Source: an uncultured delta proteobacterium
GTDB taxonomy: Bacteria; Desulfobacterota; Desulfomonilia; UBA1062
Length of the DNA: 64,000 bases
Direction: 5' to 3'
Assembly: GCA_963847605.1 (NCBI GenBank)
Contig: CAWKAM010000008.1
Location: forward strand, 78,084-142,083
The translations under genes were made by a program, and so were the position numbers. The notes below the pieces were generated by a model. It was not told the origin of the DNA. It worked only from the letters and a program-made list of their open reading frames with translations, and did no database searches. Within the stretch, counting starts at the first letter, position 1, and every line of letters starts with the position of its first letter. This document shows positions 1 to 11,400 of the stretch, piece by piece.

Positions 1-413
1 AATATGAGGGCATCACCAATGCGGGCATCATCGGGGTGCCCCAGGCAAAGGGCAGGGAGGACGACCCCATGTACATCATCGAGGTAAGAGATCCCGGCAC
101 CTTTGAGGTGGGGCCATTCCTGTCCTTCTGCAAGGAAAGCCTGCCCCACTACATGCAGCCGCGTTTTATCCGCATCGTGAAGAGCGTGCCCCTGACCGAG
201 ACCATGAAGCTCAAGAAGTCCGTGCTCAAGAACGAGTTCTACTTCCGTGCATCCGACTCAGACGGCCTGGAAGACAACATTATCTACCTGATCGAGAGCG
301 GCCATCCGCGCCGGTTTGGCGCAGCGGACTATCTTGCCGAGATCGCATTGTTCACGCATGCAACAAACCGTGATACGCTTCAGGCCTTCACCAAGCGTTC
401 GGACCTGTTCTAA
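1..413 (+). CDS. AMP-dependent synthetase/ligase (acyl-CoA synthetase family), C-terminal fragment running in from upstream of the window
   Basis: ORF open from position 1. The C-terminal motif RFIRIVKSVPLTETMKLKK is typical of the adenylate-forming enzyme C-terminal subdomain. Confidence 0.6.
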   Translation, partial: YEGITNAGIIGVPQAKGREDDPMYIIEVRDPGTFEVGPFLSFCKESLPHYMQPRFIRIVKSVPLTETMKLKKSVLKNEFYFRASDSDGLEDNIIYLIESGHPRRFGAADYLAEIALFTHATNRDTLQAFTKRSDLF

Positions 414-432
414 GGCGTAAGGAGATACATCC

Positions 433-1677
433 ATGACGAAGAAAAGCCCTCTGAGCTCGCTGCAGAAACAGCTGATGACACGGCATTACAACAATGCCCT
501 TCATGCAAAGCAGGAAGGCAGACCGGTAGTATATGTGACCGCCATGTTCCCGGTGGAGATCGTTAGGGCCTTCGAGCCCCATGTGGCCATAGTATACCCC
601 GAGAACCATGCAGTGAACATCATTGTCAGCGGTATGGCCGAGGAATTGTCATCGCTCGCAATAACCAGAGAGCACCTCGACGCCATGGGCTGTTCCTATG
701 AACTGGCGAACACAGGCTACCTGCTGGCAATGCAGGGCTTACAGGCACCAGGGGCGTCCGAAGCGATGAAGAAACTCCCTCCCCTGCCAGCCCCTGACAT
801 ATTGCTCGCATGCAACAACCAGTGTGATGTGGTGGCCGAATGGTACCAGAACCTGAGTGCACTATGCGGCAATATCCCTTACCGGGTGATCAATGTGGGC
901 AACCGCTATGACGGTGTGGTGGATCCCTTGCGTGTTCGATATGTAAGAGAGCAGCTCCTCGATGTCATTGGCCTGCTCGAAGAAAAAACTCTCACCCATC
1001 TGGACCGGGACCTATTGCTGGAGACCGCCGGCCGGGCCAACCAGGCCGCAGGGTTGTGGAAACGCTACCTCGATTTCGGGAAGCGCATACCCTCGCCCAT
1101 AACCGCCTTTGACGGCTTCTTCCACATGGCACTCATTGTTTCCGAGCGCGGGACTTTGGGTGCAATTGATTATTATGAAAAGCTTCTGCAAGAGACTTTA
1201 GCCCGCGTGGATTCGGGAGAAGCGGCTGTGAGCCCTGAGCGGCACCGGGTGCTGTGGGACAACCTGGCCACCTGGTTCAACTTCGGAGAGCTCAAGCGAA
1301 CCTTGGCAGGCCGGGGCACGGCAGTGGTAGGCTCCACCTATCTTGATGTCTGGAAAAAGGAGTTCGACACATCGAGCTTTGATACCCTGCTTACCAGCAT
1401 GGCCGAGGCGTATTGCGTCATGTATACCAATCTCACACTTCAAGAGCGTATTGCATTGTGGAAACAGATGGTACGCGAATACCGGGCCGAGGGCGTGCTC
1501 TTCCACAACAACAGGAGCTGCCATACGTTCTCGCGCCTGCAGGGCCAGATCGCCGAAGCCCTGAAGAAAGAATTCGGTGAAGGCTTCAAGGCAATCGTCT
1601 TTGACGGCGACATGGGGCTTGAAGAACGCTTTCAGAAACACCGGTTCTTTACTGCCATCGAAACCTTCTTCTTTTAA
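433..1677 (+). CDS. 2-hydroxyacyl-CoA dehydratase / benzoyl-CoA reductase subunit family protein (HgdB/BcrB-like, D-component)
   Basis: 414 aa. N-terminal pattern (RPVVYVTAMFPVEIVRAFEPHVAIVYPENHAV) is typical of the HGD-D family. Sits downstream of an acyl-CoA ligase. Confidence 0.55.
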   Translation: MTKKSPLSSLQKQLMTRHYNNALHAKQEGRPVVYVTAMFPVEIVRAFEPHVAIVYPENHAVNIIVSGMAEELSSLAITREHLDAMGCSYELANTGYLLAMQGLQAPGASEAMKKLPPLPAPDILLACNNQCDVVAEWYQNLSALCGNIPYRVINVGNRYDGVVDPLRVRYVREQLLDVIGLLEEKTLTHLDRDLLLETAGRANQAAGLWKRYLDFGKRIPSPITAFDGFFHMALIVSERGTLGAIDYYEKLLQETLARVDSGEAAVSPERHRVLWDNLATWFNFGELKRTLAGRGTAVVGSTYLDVWKKEFDTSSFDTLLTSMAEAYCVMYTNLTLQERIALWKQMVREYRAEGVLFHNNRSCHTFSRLQGQIAEALKKEFGEGFKAIVFDGDMGLEERFQKHRFFTAIETFFF

Positions 1678-1746
1678 GTAATCTTGCACCGCAATCTCTT
1701 GACCATTGCACGCTTGGTAGTATTCTTAGAATTAAAGAGAACCTTT

Positions 1747-2886
1747 ATGCACAAACCTCGGAGCTATGCCTTTTATAACATGGGGCTCTTTGACGGTGAG
1801 TCGGAGAGGCTGCACAACGGCAAATGTGTCGTGGTGGAAGGGAAAAACATCCTGTCCATAGATGAAGGCCCGGATGCAGCTAAGTCTGCAGGATTTTTAA
1901 CAATCGATCTTAACGGCTTCACCCTCATGCCCGGCCTCATCGACTGCCATGTGCACATCACTATGCCGTTCATGACGCATGTTACTCGCAAGGCGATCAT
2001 GGACTTATCCACCCAGATCGAGCGGAACGCAAAAGTATGCATAGAAGCTGGGATCACCACAGTCCGTGATGCAGGCGGCTTTCCACGCAGGCTTTCCAGC
2101 CTTATCACCGAGGTGAACAGCGGTGATCTGCCGGGCCCCAGGATTATCAGATGCAACTCTAGTATCACCACCCCTCGTGGATGCCCTGACTGGGTGCCTT
2201 ATTTCAACCCTCTTGCAAGATACTTCATGGGCGGGCAGTATGTCGAACGGGTGGAAACACCCTCAGAGGCAAAGAACCGGGTTGAGGAGATGGTACGCAT
2301 GGGCGCGGACTGGATCAAGATCTACTGCCAGCACAAATCAACACTGCTCGGCAGGGGGGATCTTCCCGTGTTCGACTCTCCGACCTTCAAGGCCATCATG
2401 GAAACTGCCCGCAGGTATAAGAAGAAGGTATGCTGCCGCATCAGCTCCATTAAAGATCTGAAGAGACCCTATATAGACATACCGCTGCTTTCCAGGGGCT
2501 TTTGCCTGGCTCTTGCCAATGTCGGGAAAATCCTGCATGCAGGCGGGCGCATAGGGGTAGCAACCGACTCGGGGGGGCTTCCTGCCGCATTTTTTGGGGT
2601 GTTCTATCCTGAAGAGCTCAAGAGGCTTAATCGGGCAGGGTTTACGCCTGTACAAGTGCTTGTGGCCGCCACCTCGGGAAACGCATCCATACTGGGCATT
2701 GATCACACCCTTGGCACCATAAAACCCGGGAAGACAGCCGACCTGATAGCAATCGATGGCAACCCCCTGGAAAACCTCGATGCCATTAAAAATGTCAAGA
2801 TTGTCATGAAGGGCGGCAACTTCATAAAAGGCGAGCCGGAAGAGGCTTCATTCCGTAGTATGGTGATGTCGCGGCATCGAACATAA
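1747..2886 (+). CDS. amidohydrolase family metal-dependent hydrolase
   Basis: Motifs LMPGLIDCHVHI ... GVATDSGG are the metal-binding signature of the amidohydrolase superfamily. Start chosen at the internal ATG (MHKPRSY). Confidence 0.65.
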   Translation: MHKPRSYAFYNMGLFDGESERLHNGKCVVVEGKNILSIDEGPDAAKSAGFLTIDLNGFTLMPGLIDCHVHITMPFMTHVTRKAIMDLSTQIERNAKVCIEAGITTVRDAGGFPRRLSSLITEVNSGDLPGPRIIRCNSSITTPRGCPDWVPYFNPLARYFMGGQYVERVETPSEAKNRVEEMVRMGADWIKIYCQHKSTLLGRGDLPVFDSPTFKAIMETARRYKKKVCCRISSIKDLKRPYIDIPLLSRGFCLALANVGKILHAGGRIGVATDSGGLPAAFFGVFYPEELKRLNRAGFTPVQVLVAATSGNASILGIDHTLGTIKPGKTADLIAIDGNPLENLDAIKNVKIVMKGGNFIKGEPEEASFRSMVMSRHRT

Positions 2887-3032
2887 ATGCCCTGATACTT
2901 CTCCCTGGTAAACCGCAACGGGTTGCAGATTAGTTTTCGAATTTGTAAGCACATCCTTTTCCTGAGTGCAAAGATAGGTTATAGTCCCATGTTCAATAAG
3001 GCTTCACATCTATCCAGAAAGGGCAAGAATTC

Positions 3033-4394
3033 ATGGGCGGGATTATTGTAAGCAAATTCGGCGGCAGCTCGGTTGCCAATGCTGTCCAGATTGAAAAGGT
3101 CAGAAGAATCGTCATGGCGGATAAGAGACGGCGCATCATCGTGGTCTCGGCCCCAGGCAAGGATGCAAATGATACCGAAAAGGTCACCGACCACCTTTTC
3201 AATCTTGCCACGAACGGCGAGCACTTCCAGATACGGGGAAAAGACATAAGCCCCAGGGAAAGTCATGAAAGGGTGGTGGGTAAATTCAAAGGCCTTATCC
3301 GTGATTTTGCAATCGAGGGTGACGACATCATCGAAGACCTTCAGGCGGATCTGAACAACATAATCGAAGGCCGCAAAAGGATTGACTTCTTTGCATCAAG
3401 GGGTGAACACTACAGCGCCAAGGTTATTGCCCGTTACTTCAGAAACAAGGGTATGCAGGCCGCTCTAAGGCTGCCTGAGGATATCGGTTTTCTCGTATCG
3501 GACCGCTTCGGCAATGCCAAGGTCCTCCCCGGCACCTATGTCAACCTGAAGGAGAACCTCACGGATGAAGGGATAATCATTATCCCCGGTTATTACGGCA
3601 TCACCCTGAAAGGCGATATCGCCGTCCTGTCCCGCGGAGGCTCCGACCTCACGGGTGGAGATGTGGCCTATGCCATGGATGCGGCCATCTATGAGAACTG
3701 GACTGACACGGATGGCATCTTTCAGGTGGATCCGCGTATTATCCCGGAGGCAAAAGTCATACCTGAGCTGACCTACAAGGAGATACGGCTGCTGAGTTAT
3801 CGGGGGTTCAATGTCTTCCACTTCGATGCGATGATCAACTGCAAGCACAAGAACATCCCCATCAATATCCGGAACACAAACAACCCCGATGCACCGGGGA
3901 CGATGATCGTGGGTTCGCGCATACCCAAGGAGACCGTGGTGGGCATCGCCCGCATGGATGGGCTCGCCTATGTCTACATCGAGAAAGACATGATCGGTGA
4001 GACCATCGGCTTTACCATGGAATTGCTCGATATCTTCAAGGACTTCAACATCAATACCCACCACTACCCGTCCGACATGGACGATATCGCTGTTATCGTA
4101 GATCAGGTGGACCTTGCCGGCAAGGTCGATGACATAAAGGCCCTGATCAAGAAGCAGCTTAATCCTGACTATATAGATATCCAGACGAACCTGAGCCTTC
4201 TTTCTCCGGTAGGCTCAGGCATGAAGGATACTCCCGGTGTATTGGCAAAGGCCGCCGATGCGCTCTATCGTGAAGGCATAAATATCGATGTGGTCGACCA
4301 GGGGCCGTCCCAGATGAGCTTTCACTTCGGGATCAATCAAAAGTATGGTGATGCCGGGCTTAAGGCCCTCTTTAAGGAGATGCTGCGGCATTAG
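3033..4394 (+). CDS. lysC: aspartate kinase
   Basis: N-terminus IVSKFGGSSV is the aspartokinase nucleotide-binding motif. 453 aa with a C-terminal ACT-like region. Confidence 0.85.
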   Translation: MGGIIVSKFGGSSVANAVQIEKVRRIVMADKRRRIIVVSAPGKDANDTEKVTDHLFNLATNGEHFQIRGKDISPRESHERVVGKFKGLIRDFAIEGDDIIEDLQADLNNIIEGRKRIDFFASRGEHYSAKVIARYFRNKGMQAALRLPEDIGFLVSDRFGNAKVLPGTYVNLKENLTDEGIIIIPGYYGITLKGDIAVLSRGGSDLTGGDVAYAMDAAIYENWTDTDGIFQVDPRIIPEAKVIPELTYKEIRLLSYRGFNVFHFDAMINCKHKNIPINIRNTNNPDAPGTMIVGSRIPKETVVGIARMDGLAYVYIEKDMIGETIGFTMELLDIFKDFNINTHHYPSDMDDIAVIVDQVDLAGKVDDIKALIKKQLNPDYIDIQTNLSLLSPVGSGMKDTPGVLAKAADALYREGINIDVVDQGPSQMSFHFGINQKYGDAGLKALFKEMLRH

Positions 4395-4497
4395 ACAAAG
4401 GATTCACCGGGATTACTTACATCATAATCTTCAAGACAAATGTTTGTTATCAGTGGTAGATATCTTAGTTGAAAAACACCAAGAAAGGGGGGGTTCT

Positions 4498-4815
4498 ATG
4501 ATCGTCGTCGTTGCCGTAATGAAGGCCAAGAAAGGGAAAGAACAGGAGATGGAGGATGCATTCAGATGGCTCATCCCCCAGGTGGAATCCGAATCGGGCA
4601 CCCTGCAGTATGTCCTCCATCGGGCCAGGAAAGACACGGGCAAATTTCTCTTCTACGAGAAGTACCGGGACAAGGATGCGCTCAATACCCACGGCTCAAC
4701 ACCCTACTTCGCAGAGCTCTTCGGGAAGATAGCACCTTTACTCGATGGTGATCCTTCCATCGAGATCTATGAGGATATTGCATCGATCCAGGGAAAGATC
4801 TACCAGGCCCCATGA
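4498..4815 (+). CDS. antibiotic-biosynthesis-monooxygenase (ABM) domain protein
   Basis: About 105 aa. Start at the ATG preceded by AAAGGGGGGG. Small ferredoxin-like fold pattern typical of ABM/YciI-like proteins. Confidence 0.45.
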   Translation: MIVVVAVMKAKKGKEQEMEDAFRWLIPQVESESGTLQYVLHRARKDTGKFLFYEKYRDKDALNTHGSTPYFAELFGKIAPLLDGDPSIEIYEDIASIQGKIYQAP

Positions 4816-4900
4816 GGATATTAGATACTATTCAATAATATTGGGTAAATCTTTTCATTCCATTACCGAAGAGTGCAGGATCTCTTGAAAGGAGCTGCGC

Positions 4901-5450
4901 ATGAAACCTATTGGACCATTGATGTGGGAACACAGGCTCATCGAGCAGATCATTCCCCTCATTAAGAATGAAATTGAAAACATTGAAACCACCAAGAGAA
5001 CGAACGTGATATTCATAGAGAAGGCAGTGGACTTTTTCAGGACCTATGCCGATCGAACCCATCACGGCAAGGAGGAGGATATTCTCTTTAAGGCCCTGGA
5101 AGAAAAGCCTCTCTCGGATGACCTTGTGATAGATAATGAAGGAGCTTGTGGACGAGCATACCATTGCCAGAAAGAATGTGCATGCCATACTGGATGCCAG
5201 GCAGGAGTATGTAAACGGCAAGGATGAGGTCATAGGAATTATCCTTAAAGGTCTCACCGACCTTTCGAACCTCTACCCGGTGCATATTGAAAAGGAGGAT
5301 AAGCGTTTCTTCTTCCCTGTCATGGAATATTTCACGAACAAGGAACAGGACAAGATGCTCGATGCGTTCCGGGAGTTTGACCGCAAGATGATCCACGAGA
5401 AATATCAGAATATCATGGAGCAGCTGGGGGTAAGGGTAAAGAGATGGTGA
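4901..5450 (+). pseudogene. hemerythrin-like HHE cation-binding domain protein, split by a frame change near 5130-5145
   Basis: Two overlapping ORFs (4901-5227 in frame 2, 5136-5450 in frame 0) each carry hemerythrin-like H/E motifs (HHGKEEDILF; HIEKEDKRFFFPVMEYF). Downstream of 5136 the frame-2 translation degenerates into a Cys-rich nonsense tail. Confidence 0.5.
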
Positions 5451-5707
5451 AGCAGCCGTGATCCTTGCCCTTTCATGCAGCCTTCATCTGTCACATTTAT
5501 ATGTGTCAACACCTTGAAGATCAAAATAATGTAGAAGTATAATTAATACCAACATGTACTGGTCGATCTTAGGGAAAAAGATCTAGCAACAATAAGTTTA
5601 TGCCGAAGAAGTATTAAATCCTCAATAAGACAATAGTCCTTTCTTCCTTTGCTCTTGAATAAAAGCCAAGTTCCCTTTATTATTGGTCTTCATGAGGGAA
5701 CCAATTC

Positions 5708-8428
5708 ATGAGGGGACCAATTAAAAAGAAGAAAACCAAACCACAAGGATCGCCGGGGATCTCACATCAAGACATACAACCACTCATGACAAGGGGCGCT
5801 TTTTCCATTGTCGGTATCGGTGCGTCCGCCGGAGGACTGGAGGCGCTGGAGCAGCTCTTGGGCAATGTATCAGAGGGCAGAGGCATAGCCTATGTCATCG
5901 TCCAGCACCTGGACCCCACACACAAGGGTATCATGCCCGAGCTCCTGCAGCGCATGACACACATGAAGGTCACCCAGGTAAAAGACCGCACGCCGGTCAA
6001 ACCGGACCAAGTCTATGTGATCCCGCCGAACAAGGACATGTCGGTCCTGCATGGGGTTCTTCATCTGCTCGAGCCCACAATGCCGCGGGGGCTTCGTCTG
6101 CCGATTGATTTCTTTTTCCGTTCCCTGGCAGAGGACCAGCGGGAACACAGTGTGGGCATTATCCTTTCGGGTATGGGCACCGACGGCACGCTGGGAATCA
6201 AGGCCATCAAGGAACTTGGCGGTTTGGTCCTGGTGCAGGATCCGGCCACCGCCAAATTCGACAGCATGCCTCGCAGCGCCATTGGAACAGGGCTTGTCGA
6301 TTACGTGGCTCCGGCAAAGGAACTGTGCGGCAAGCTCATCGACCTTCTCCGACACCCCCCTCGCGACCAGCAGTCCGAGCCTCTCCTGGAAAGCAAGGCT
6401 CAGTCGGCTCTGGAAAAGATCATAATCCTGCTCAGGACCCACACGGGCCAGGATTTCTCGTTATATAAAAAGGGCACCTTGTACCGCCGGATCGAGCGGC
6501 GCATGGGCATCCACCAGATTGACAAGATCGCCCATTATGTCCGATTTTTACAAGAAAATTCCCAGGAGCTGGAGCTACTCTTCAAAGAACTCCTCATCGG
6601 CGTAACGAATTTTTTCCGGGATCAGGCAGCCTGGGAGCACCTGAAGGAGCATGCCATACCGTCCCTCCTGGCGAACAGACCGGATGGCGGCTTGATCCGG
6701 GCATGGATCCCGGGCTGCTCTACAGGCGAGGAGGCCTACTCGCTCGCCATCGTGTTCAAGGAGGCACTGGATCGGAGCAAACTTAAGGGGAATTATGCGT
6801 TGCAGGTCTTTGCCACCGACCTGGACAAGGATGCCATTGATAAAGCCCGCCAGGGGGCTTACCCCTCCAACATTACCGCGGATGTCTCCCCCGAGCGCCT
6901 GCGCAGGTTTTTCATCAGGGAAGAGAGCGGCGGCTACCTGGTCGTCAAGGATATCCGCGAGATGGTGATAATGGCGGTGCAGAATGTCACCATGGATCCG
7001 CCCTTTACCAAGCTGGATATCCTGATATGCAGGAACCTCCTGATTTACCTTGCCCCGGAATTGCAGAAAAAGATCTTACCGATGTTCCACTACAGTTTGA
7101 ACCCCGGCGGTATCCTGTTCCTGGGGAACGCCGAGACCACCGGCAGTTCTTCCGACCTCTTCACCCCGCTTGAAAGAAAATGGAGGATCTATCGGCGCAA
7201 AGAGTCTCATGAAAAGGCGAGGCTGGCGGACTTTCCGTCTTCGTTCTTCATTGAACCCCCGGCCCTTCCCATAGAGGCAGAAGCGCCCGTGCCGGTACCA
7301 AATCTCCAGTCACTGACGGATCAGCTGATACTGCAGCAATTCTCCCCACCCGCCGTACTGATCAACGACAAGGGCGACATCCTCTACATCACTGGTAAAA
7401 CGGGCAAGTATCTTGAACCTGCAGCCGGCAAGGCCAACTGGAACATTTTTGCCATGGCCCGTGAAGGGCTGCACCATGAGTTGTCACGGGCCTTCCAAAC
7501 GGTGGTACGGCAAAAAGGCAACGTCACCAAAAAAGGTCTGAGGGTAAGGACCAATGGTACAGAACATGTCATAGACTTCACCCTCCAGGCTATTGAAGAG
7601 CCGGAGGCCCTGCAAGGGATGTTCATGGTCGTCTTTAAGGATGTGGCGACCTCTGCCGGCAGGAAACCGGCAGCCCGCGTCACGGGCCATCCATCACCAC
7701 GCGCAAATATCACTGAACTGGAGGAGGAGAGCAAACACCTCCGCGAGGATCTGCAGAATACCCGTGAAGAGATGCAGACCTCACAGGAAGAGCTCAAAGC
7801 AACCAACGAAGAGCTTCAGTCCGCCAACGAGGAGTTGCAATCCACCAATGAGGAACTGACCACATCCAAGGAAGAGATGCAGTCTCTGAATGAGGAACTA
7901 CAGACGGTCAATGCCGAGCTGCAATCCAGGGTAGATGAGCTTTCGCGATCGAATAACGACATGAAGAACCTGCTCAACAGCACGGACATCGCCACGGTGT
8001 TTCTGGACAAAGCGCTCAATCTGCAGCGGTTCACCACCCAGACGACCCGGATCATCAAGCTGATTCCGGGCGATGTAGGACGGCGCATCACCGATATCGC
8101 ATCCGACCTGATCTACCCCGCAATGCCCGATGACATTCGGGACGTGCTGCAGACGCTGGTGTTTGTGGAAAAACAGGTCACTACCCTGGACGGACGCTGG
8201 TTTCTCACGCGCATCATGCCATACCGCACCCTGGAGGACAAGATTGACGGCGTGGTGATTACCTTTACGGATATCACCGTGGCCAAGACGCTCGAGATGG
8301 AACTGCGCCGGGCGCACGACGAGATAGAAGTGAAGGTTGCAGAACGTACGCAGGAGCTTGCAAAGGCAAACGAGGAGCTTCTCTCAGAGATTGCTAAACA
8401 CAGACAGGGACGAGTCGGTAAAGGCTAG
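5708..8428 (+). CDS. CheB methylesterase - CheR methyltransferase fusion protein with PAS domain and coiled-coil
   Basis: IVGIGASAGGLEALEQLL matches the CheB catalytic domain. Central CheR SAM-binding region. Heptad-repeat coiled coil (NEELQSANEELQSTNEEL...). C-terminal PAS. Confidence 0.8.
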   Translation: MRGPIKKKKTKPQGSPGISHQDIQPLMTRGAFSIVGIGASAGGLEALEQLLGNVSEGRGIAYVIVQHLDPTHKGIMPELLQRMTHMKVTQVKDRTPVKPDQVYVIPPNKDMSVLHGVLHLLEPTMPRGLRLPIDFFFRSLAEDQREHSVGIILSGMGTDGTLGIKAIKELGGLVLVQDPATAKFDSMPRSAIGTGLVDYVAPAKELCGKLIDLLRHPPRDQQSEPLLESKAQSALEKIIILLRTHTGQDFSLYKKGTLYRRIERRMGIHQIDKIAHYVRFLQENSQELELLFKELLIGVTNFFRDQAAWEHLKEHAIPSLLANRPDGGLIRAWIPGCSTGEEAYSLAIVFKEALDRSKLKGNYALQVFATDLDKDAIDKARQGAYPSNITADVSPERLRRFFIREESGGYLVVKDIREMVIMAVQNVTMDPPFTKLDILICRNLLIYLAPELQKKILPMFHYSLNPGGILFLGNAETTGSSSDLFTPLERKWRIYRRKESHEKARLADFPSSFFIEPPALPIEAEAPVPVPNLQSLTDQLILQQFSPPAVLINDKGDILYITGKTGKYLEPAAGKANWNIFAMAREGLHHELSRAFQTVVRQKGNVTKKGLRVRTNGTEHVIDFTLQAIEEPEALQGMFMVVFKDVATSAGRKPAARVTGHPSPRANITELEEESKHLREDLQNTREEMQTSQEELKATNEELQSANEELQSTNEELTTSKEEMQSLNEELQTVNAELQSRVDELSRSNNDMKNLLNSTDIATVFLDKALNLQRFTTQTTRIIKLIPGDVGRRITDIASDLIYPAMPDDIRDVLQTLVFVEKQVTTLDGRWFLTRIMPYRTLEDKIDGVVITFTDITVAKTLEMELRRAHDEIEVKVAERTQELAKANEELLSEIAKHRQGRVGKG

Positions 8429-8464
8429 GCACAGGGGTGAAGTGATACCGGAAGAGGTCAAACC

Positions 8465-11400
8465 ATGAAAGAGGGCAATGGCAAAGAGACAAATGCCACT
8501 GATCTGCGTCGCCGCGCAGAAAATCGGCTGGGCGAGACACAGGCCGCAACGGGACCACACCCGAAGAAAGAAGACACCTCAAAACTGATCCACGAACTGC
8601 AGGTCCACCAGATAGAGTTGGAGATGCAGAACGAGGAGCTTATACAGGCGCGCGCCGAGATCGAGGCGAGCCTGGAAAAGTACTCCGATCTCTACGATTT
8701 TGCTCCGGTGGGCTATTTTACCCTAACAGACGAAGGTATCATCCGGGAAGTCAACCTTACGGGCACGGCCCTTCTGGGGGAGGAGCGTTCACATCTGATC
8801 AACCAGCGCTTCGGTCTTTTCATTTCCATTGAGACACAACCCGTCTTCTTTGCATTTCTTAAAAAGGTATGCGAGGGCAACACAAAGGAGAAATGCGAGA
8901 TCGTGCTCACACGAGGTAAAGATAACCCAAGGCATATCCACCTCGTAGGTAGAGCGTGGGAGGCCGGTAACAGCATGGACCGGCTGTGCATGATGGCTGC
9001 CCTGGACATCACGGAGCGCAAACTGGCGGAAGAGGCGCTGCGGAAGGCTAAGGAAGAGCTGGAAAAAAGAGTGATGGAGCGCACCGCCGAATTACGGAAC
9101 GCCAATGAGCAGCTGCAAGTTGAGCTCACCCAGCGTGAGCGGGCGGAAGAGAAGCTCGGGGAGAGCGAACAGCGCTTCCGCTTGATGTTCGAACATCATC
9201 AGGCTGTCATGTTGTTGGTTGATCCTGAATCGGGTGCGATTGTTGATGCCAACCACGCCGCAGAAAAATTCTATGGGTACCCCCGCGCTACGTTGACCAC
9301 AATGAATATAGCGGATATCAATCAACTGCCGCCGGAAATTATCGCAGCCGAGCGTCAAAATGCCAAGCTGGAGGCCCGCAATTACTTTGTTTTTCCTCAC
9401 CTCCTTGCGGGTGGTGAAATCCGGACCGTGGAAGTGCGCTCGACTCCTATAGTCGTGCAGGGAGCATTGTTGCTGTTTTCCATCGTTCACGACATCACCG
9501 AGCGCAGGAAGGCTGAGGAGGCATTGCGGCAAAAAACCGACGAGTTGGACCACTTCTTCAACGTCACTCTGGACTTGCTTGCTATTGCCGGTACCGACGG
9601 TTATTTCCGGCGATTGAACCTGGCCTGGGAGAGGACCCTGGGCTATACCTGTGAAGAGCTCATGGCAGCACCATTCTTCGATTTCATCCACCCCGATGAC
9701 GTGGAGAGAACCCGTGAGGCGGTTGCCATGCTGGCCTCCCAGCAGGAAGTGATCAACTTCCAAAACCGCTATCGCCGCAAGGACGGCACCTATCGCTGGA
9801 TCGAGTGGGTTGCGGCGCCATCAGGCAACATGATCTATTGCTCAGCCCGCGACATCACCGAGCGCAAGCAGACGGAAAGGCATTTGCGCAAAGAGGCGGA
9901 GCGGACAAGCCTGTTCCTGGAACTTTATCTGAACGCCCCGCAGATGTCGGACAAGGAGCTTTATGACTATGTCCTGGAGAAGGCGGTCAACCTCACTGAT
10001 AGCTCCATCGGCTTCTTTCACAAGGTCGCTGAAGACCAGAAAACCATTATCCTGACCGCATGGAACAACAAGGCTCTCATGAACTGCACGGCTGTTTTTG
10101 ACGATCACTATCCCATTGATCAGGCGGGGAATTGGGTGGACAGTGTCCGCCTCAGGAGACCGGTGGTGTATAATGACTATCAGAGCTCTCCCAACAGAAA
10201 AGGGTTTCCTGAGGGTCATACCCCTGTAATGCGTTTCATGAGCATCCCCGTACTGGAGAAGGACAAGGCCCGTATAATCTTCGGTGTGGGAAACAAGGCC
10301 GAGGAATATGATGAACACGACATCGACCAGCTGCAACTGGTCGCCTATGAAATGCTCAAGATCATGAAGCAGCGTCGATCCGATAATGCACTGTTAAAAA
10401 GTGAAGAGAGTTACCGCATGCTGTTTAATAGTATTACGGACGCTGTATTTGTCCATGAGGTCAACTCAGATGGTACACCAGGTCTATTCCTGGAAGTAAA
10501 CGATATTGCCTGCCGGCGTTTGGGTTACTCACGTGAGGAACTGCTCGCAATGTCACCTGCTGATATTGACGCTCCCGCCTCCGAGTCCGGGACCGACAAT
10601 ATGCTTACTCTCGAGCAATTGGCAGCTGCCCAAAATGTAGTCTATGAACAAACCCACGTCACCAAGGACCAGCAGCGCATACCGGTGGAGATCAACAGCT
10701 GCAAAGTTTCTTTGCACGGATGCTCATGTGTAATCTCATTAGTGCGTGACATCACCGATCGCAAGCAGGCGGAAGAAGAAAAGAAGAGACTAGAGACTCA
10801 ACTCATTCATGCCCAGAAAATGGAGGCTCTCGGGACTTTGGCGGCTGGAATAGCCCATGATTTCAATAACATAATTCAACCCATTCTGATCAATTCAGAA
10901 CTCATCTCAGATACACTTCCCCTTGGCACACAGGAACGTGAATACCTTGATGTGATCATTGATGCTGCACAACTCGGGAAAAACTTTGTCAGACAGATCA
11001 AGGTGTTCGGCTCCGGCAAAAAAGCGTCGTCCAAGCCCATTGACCTTGGCCCTGTCGTTCGCGATGCCCTGATCTTCTTCAAGCGATCGCTTCCTCATGA
11101 TATCAAATTCAGGCAAAGGATACCTACAAAGGAAAGCCTGGTACAGACAGACCCAACCCAGGTTCATCAACTGATTCTCAATCTCTGTGGTAATGCAGTA
11201 CAAGCCATGAACCCCGGTAAGGGTTCCCTCGACGTATTTCTCAAGGAAACTGAGGTCACTTCGGCTACCCCTGCCCTCGTCAATAACCTCAAACCGGGAA
11301 AGTATATGATACTCACGGTTCGTGATACCGGATGCGGGATCAGTCCGGAAATGCAAGGCCGGATATTCGACCCGTTCTTTACCACCAGGAAGGCACGTAT

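Noticed and set aside
5870-6442. Antisense ORFs of 60-220 aa inside large genes (for example 5870-6442, 7898-8317, 9092-9763, 36878-37468, 31116-31499).
   Set aside because: High-GC shadow ORFs opposite well-supported coding regions. No independent motif or RBS support.
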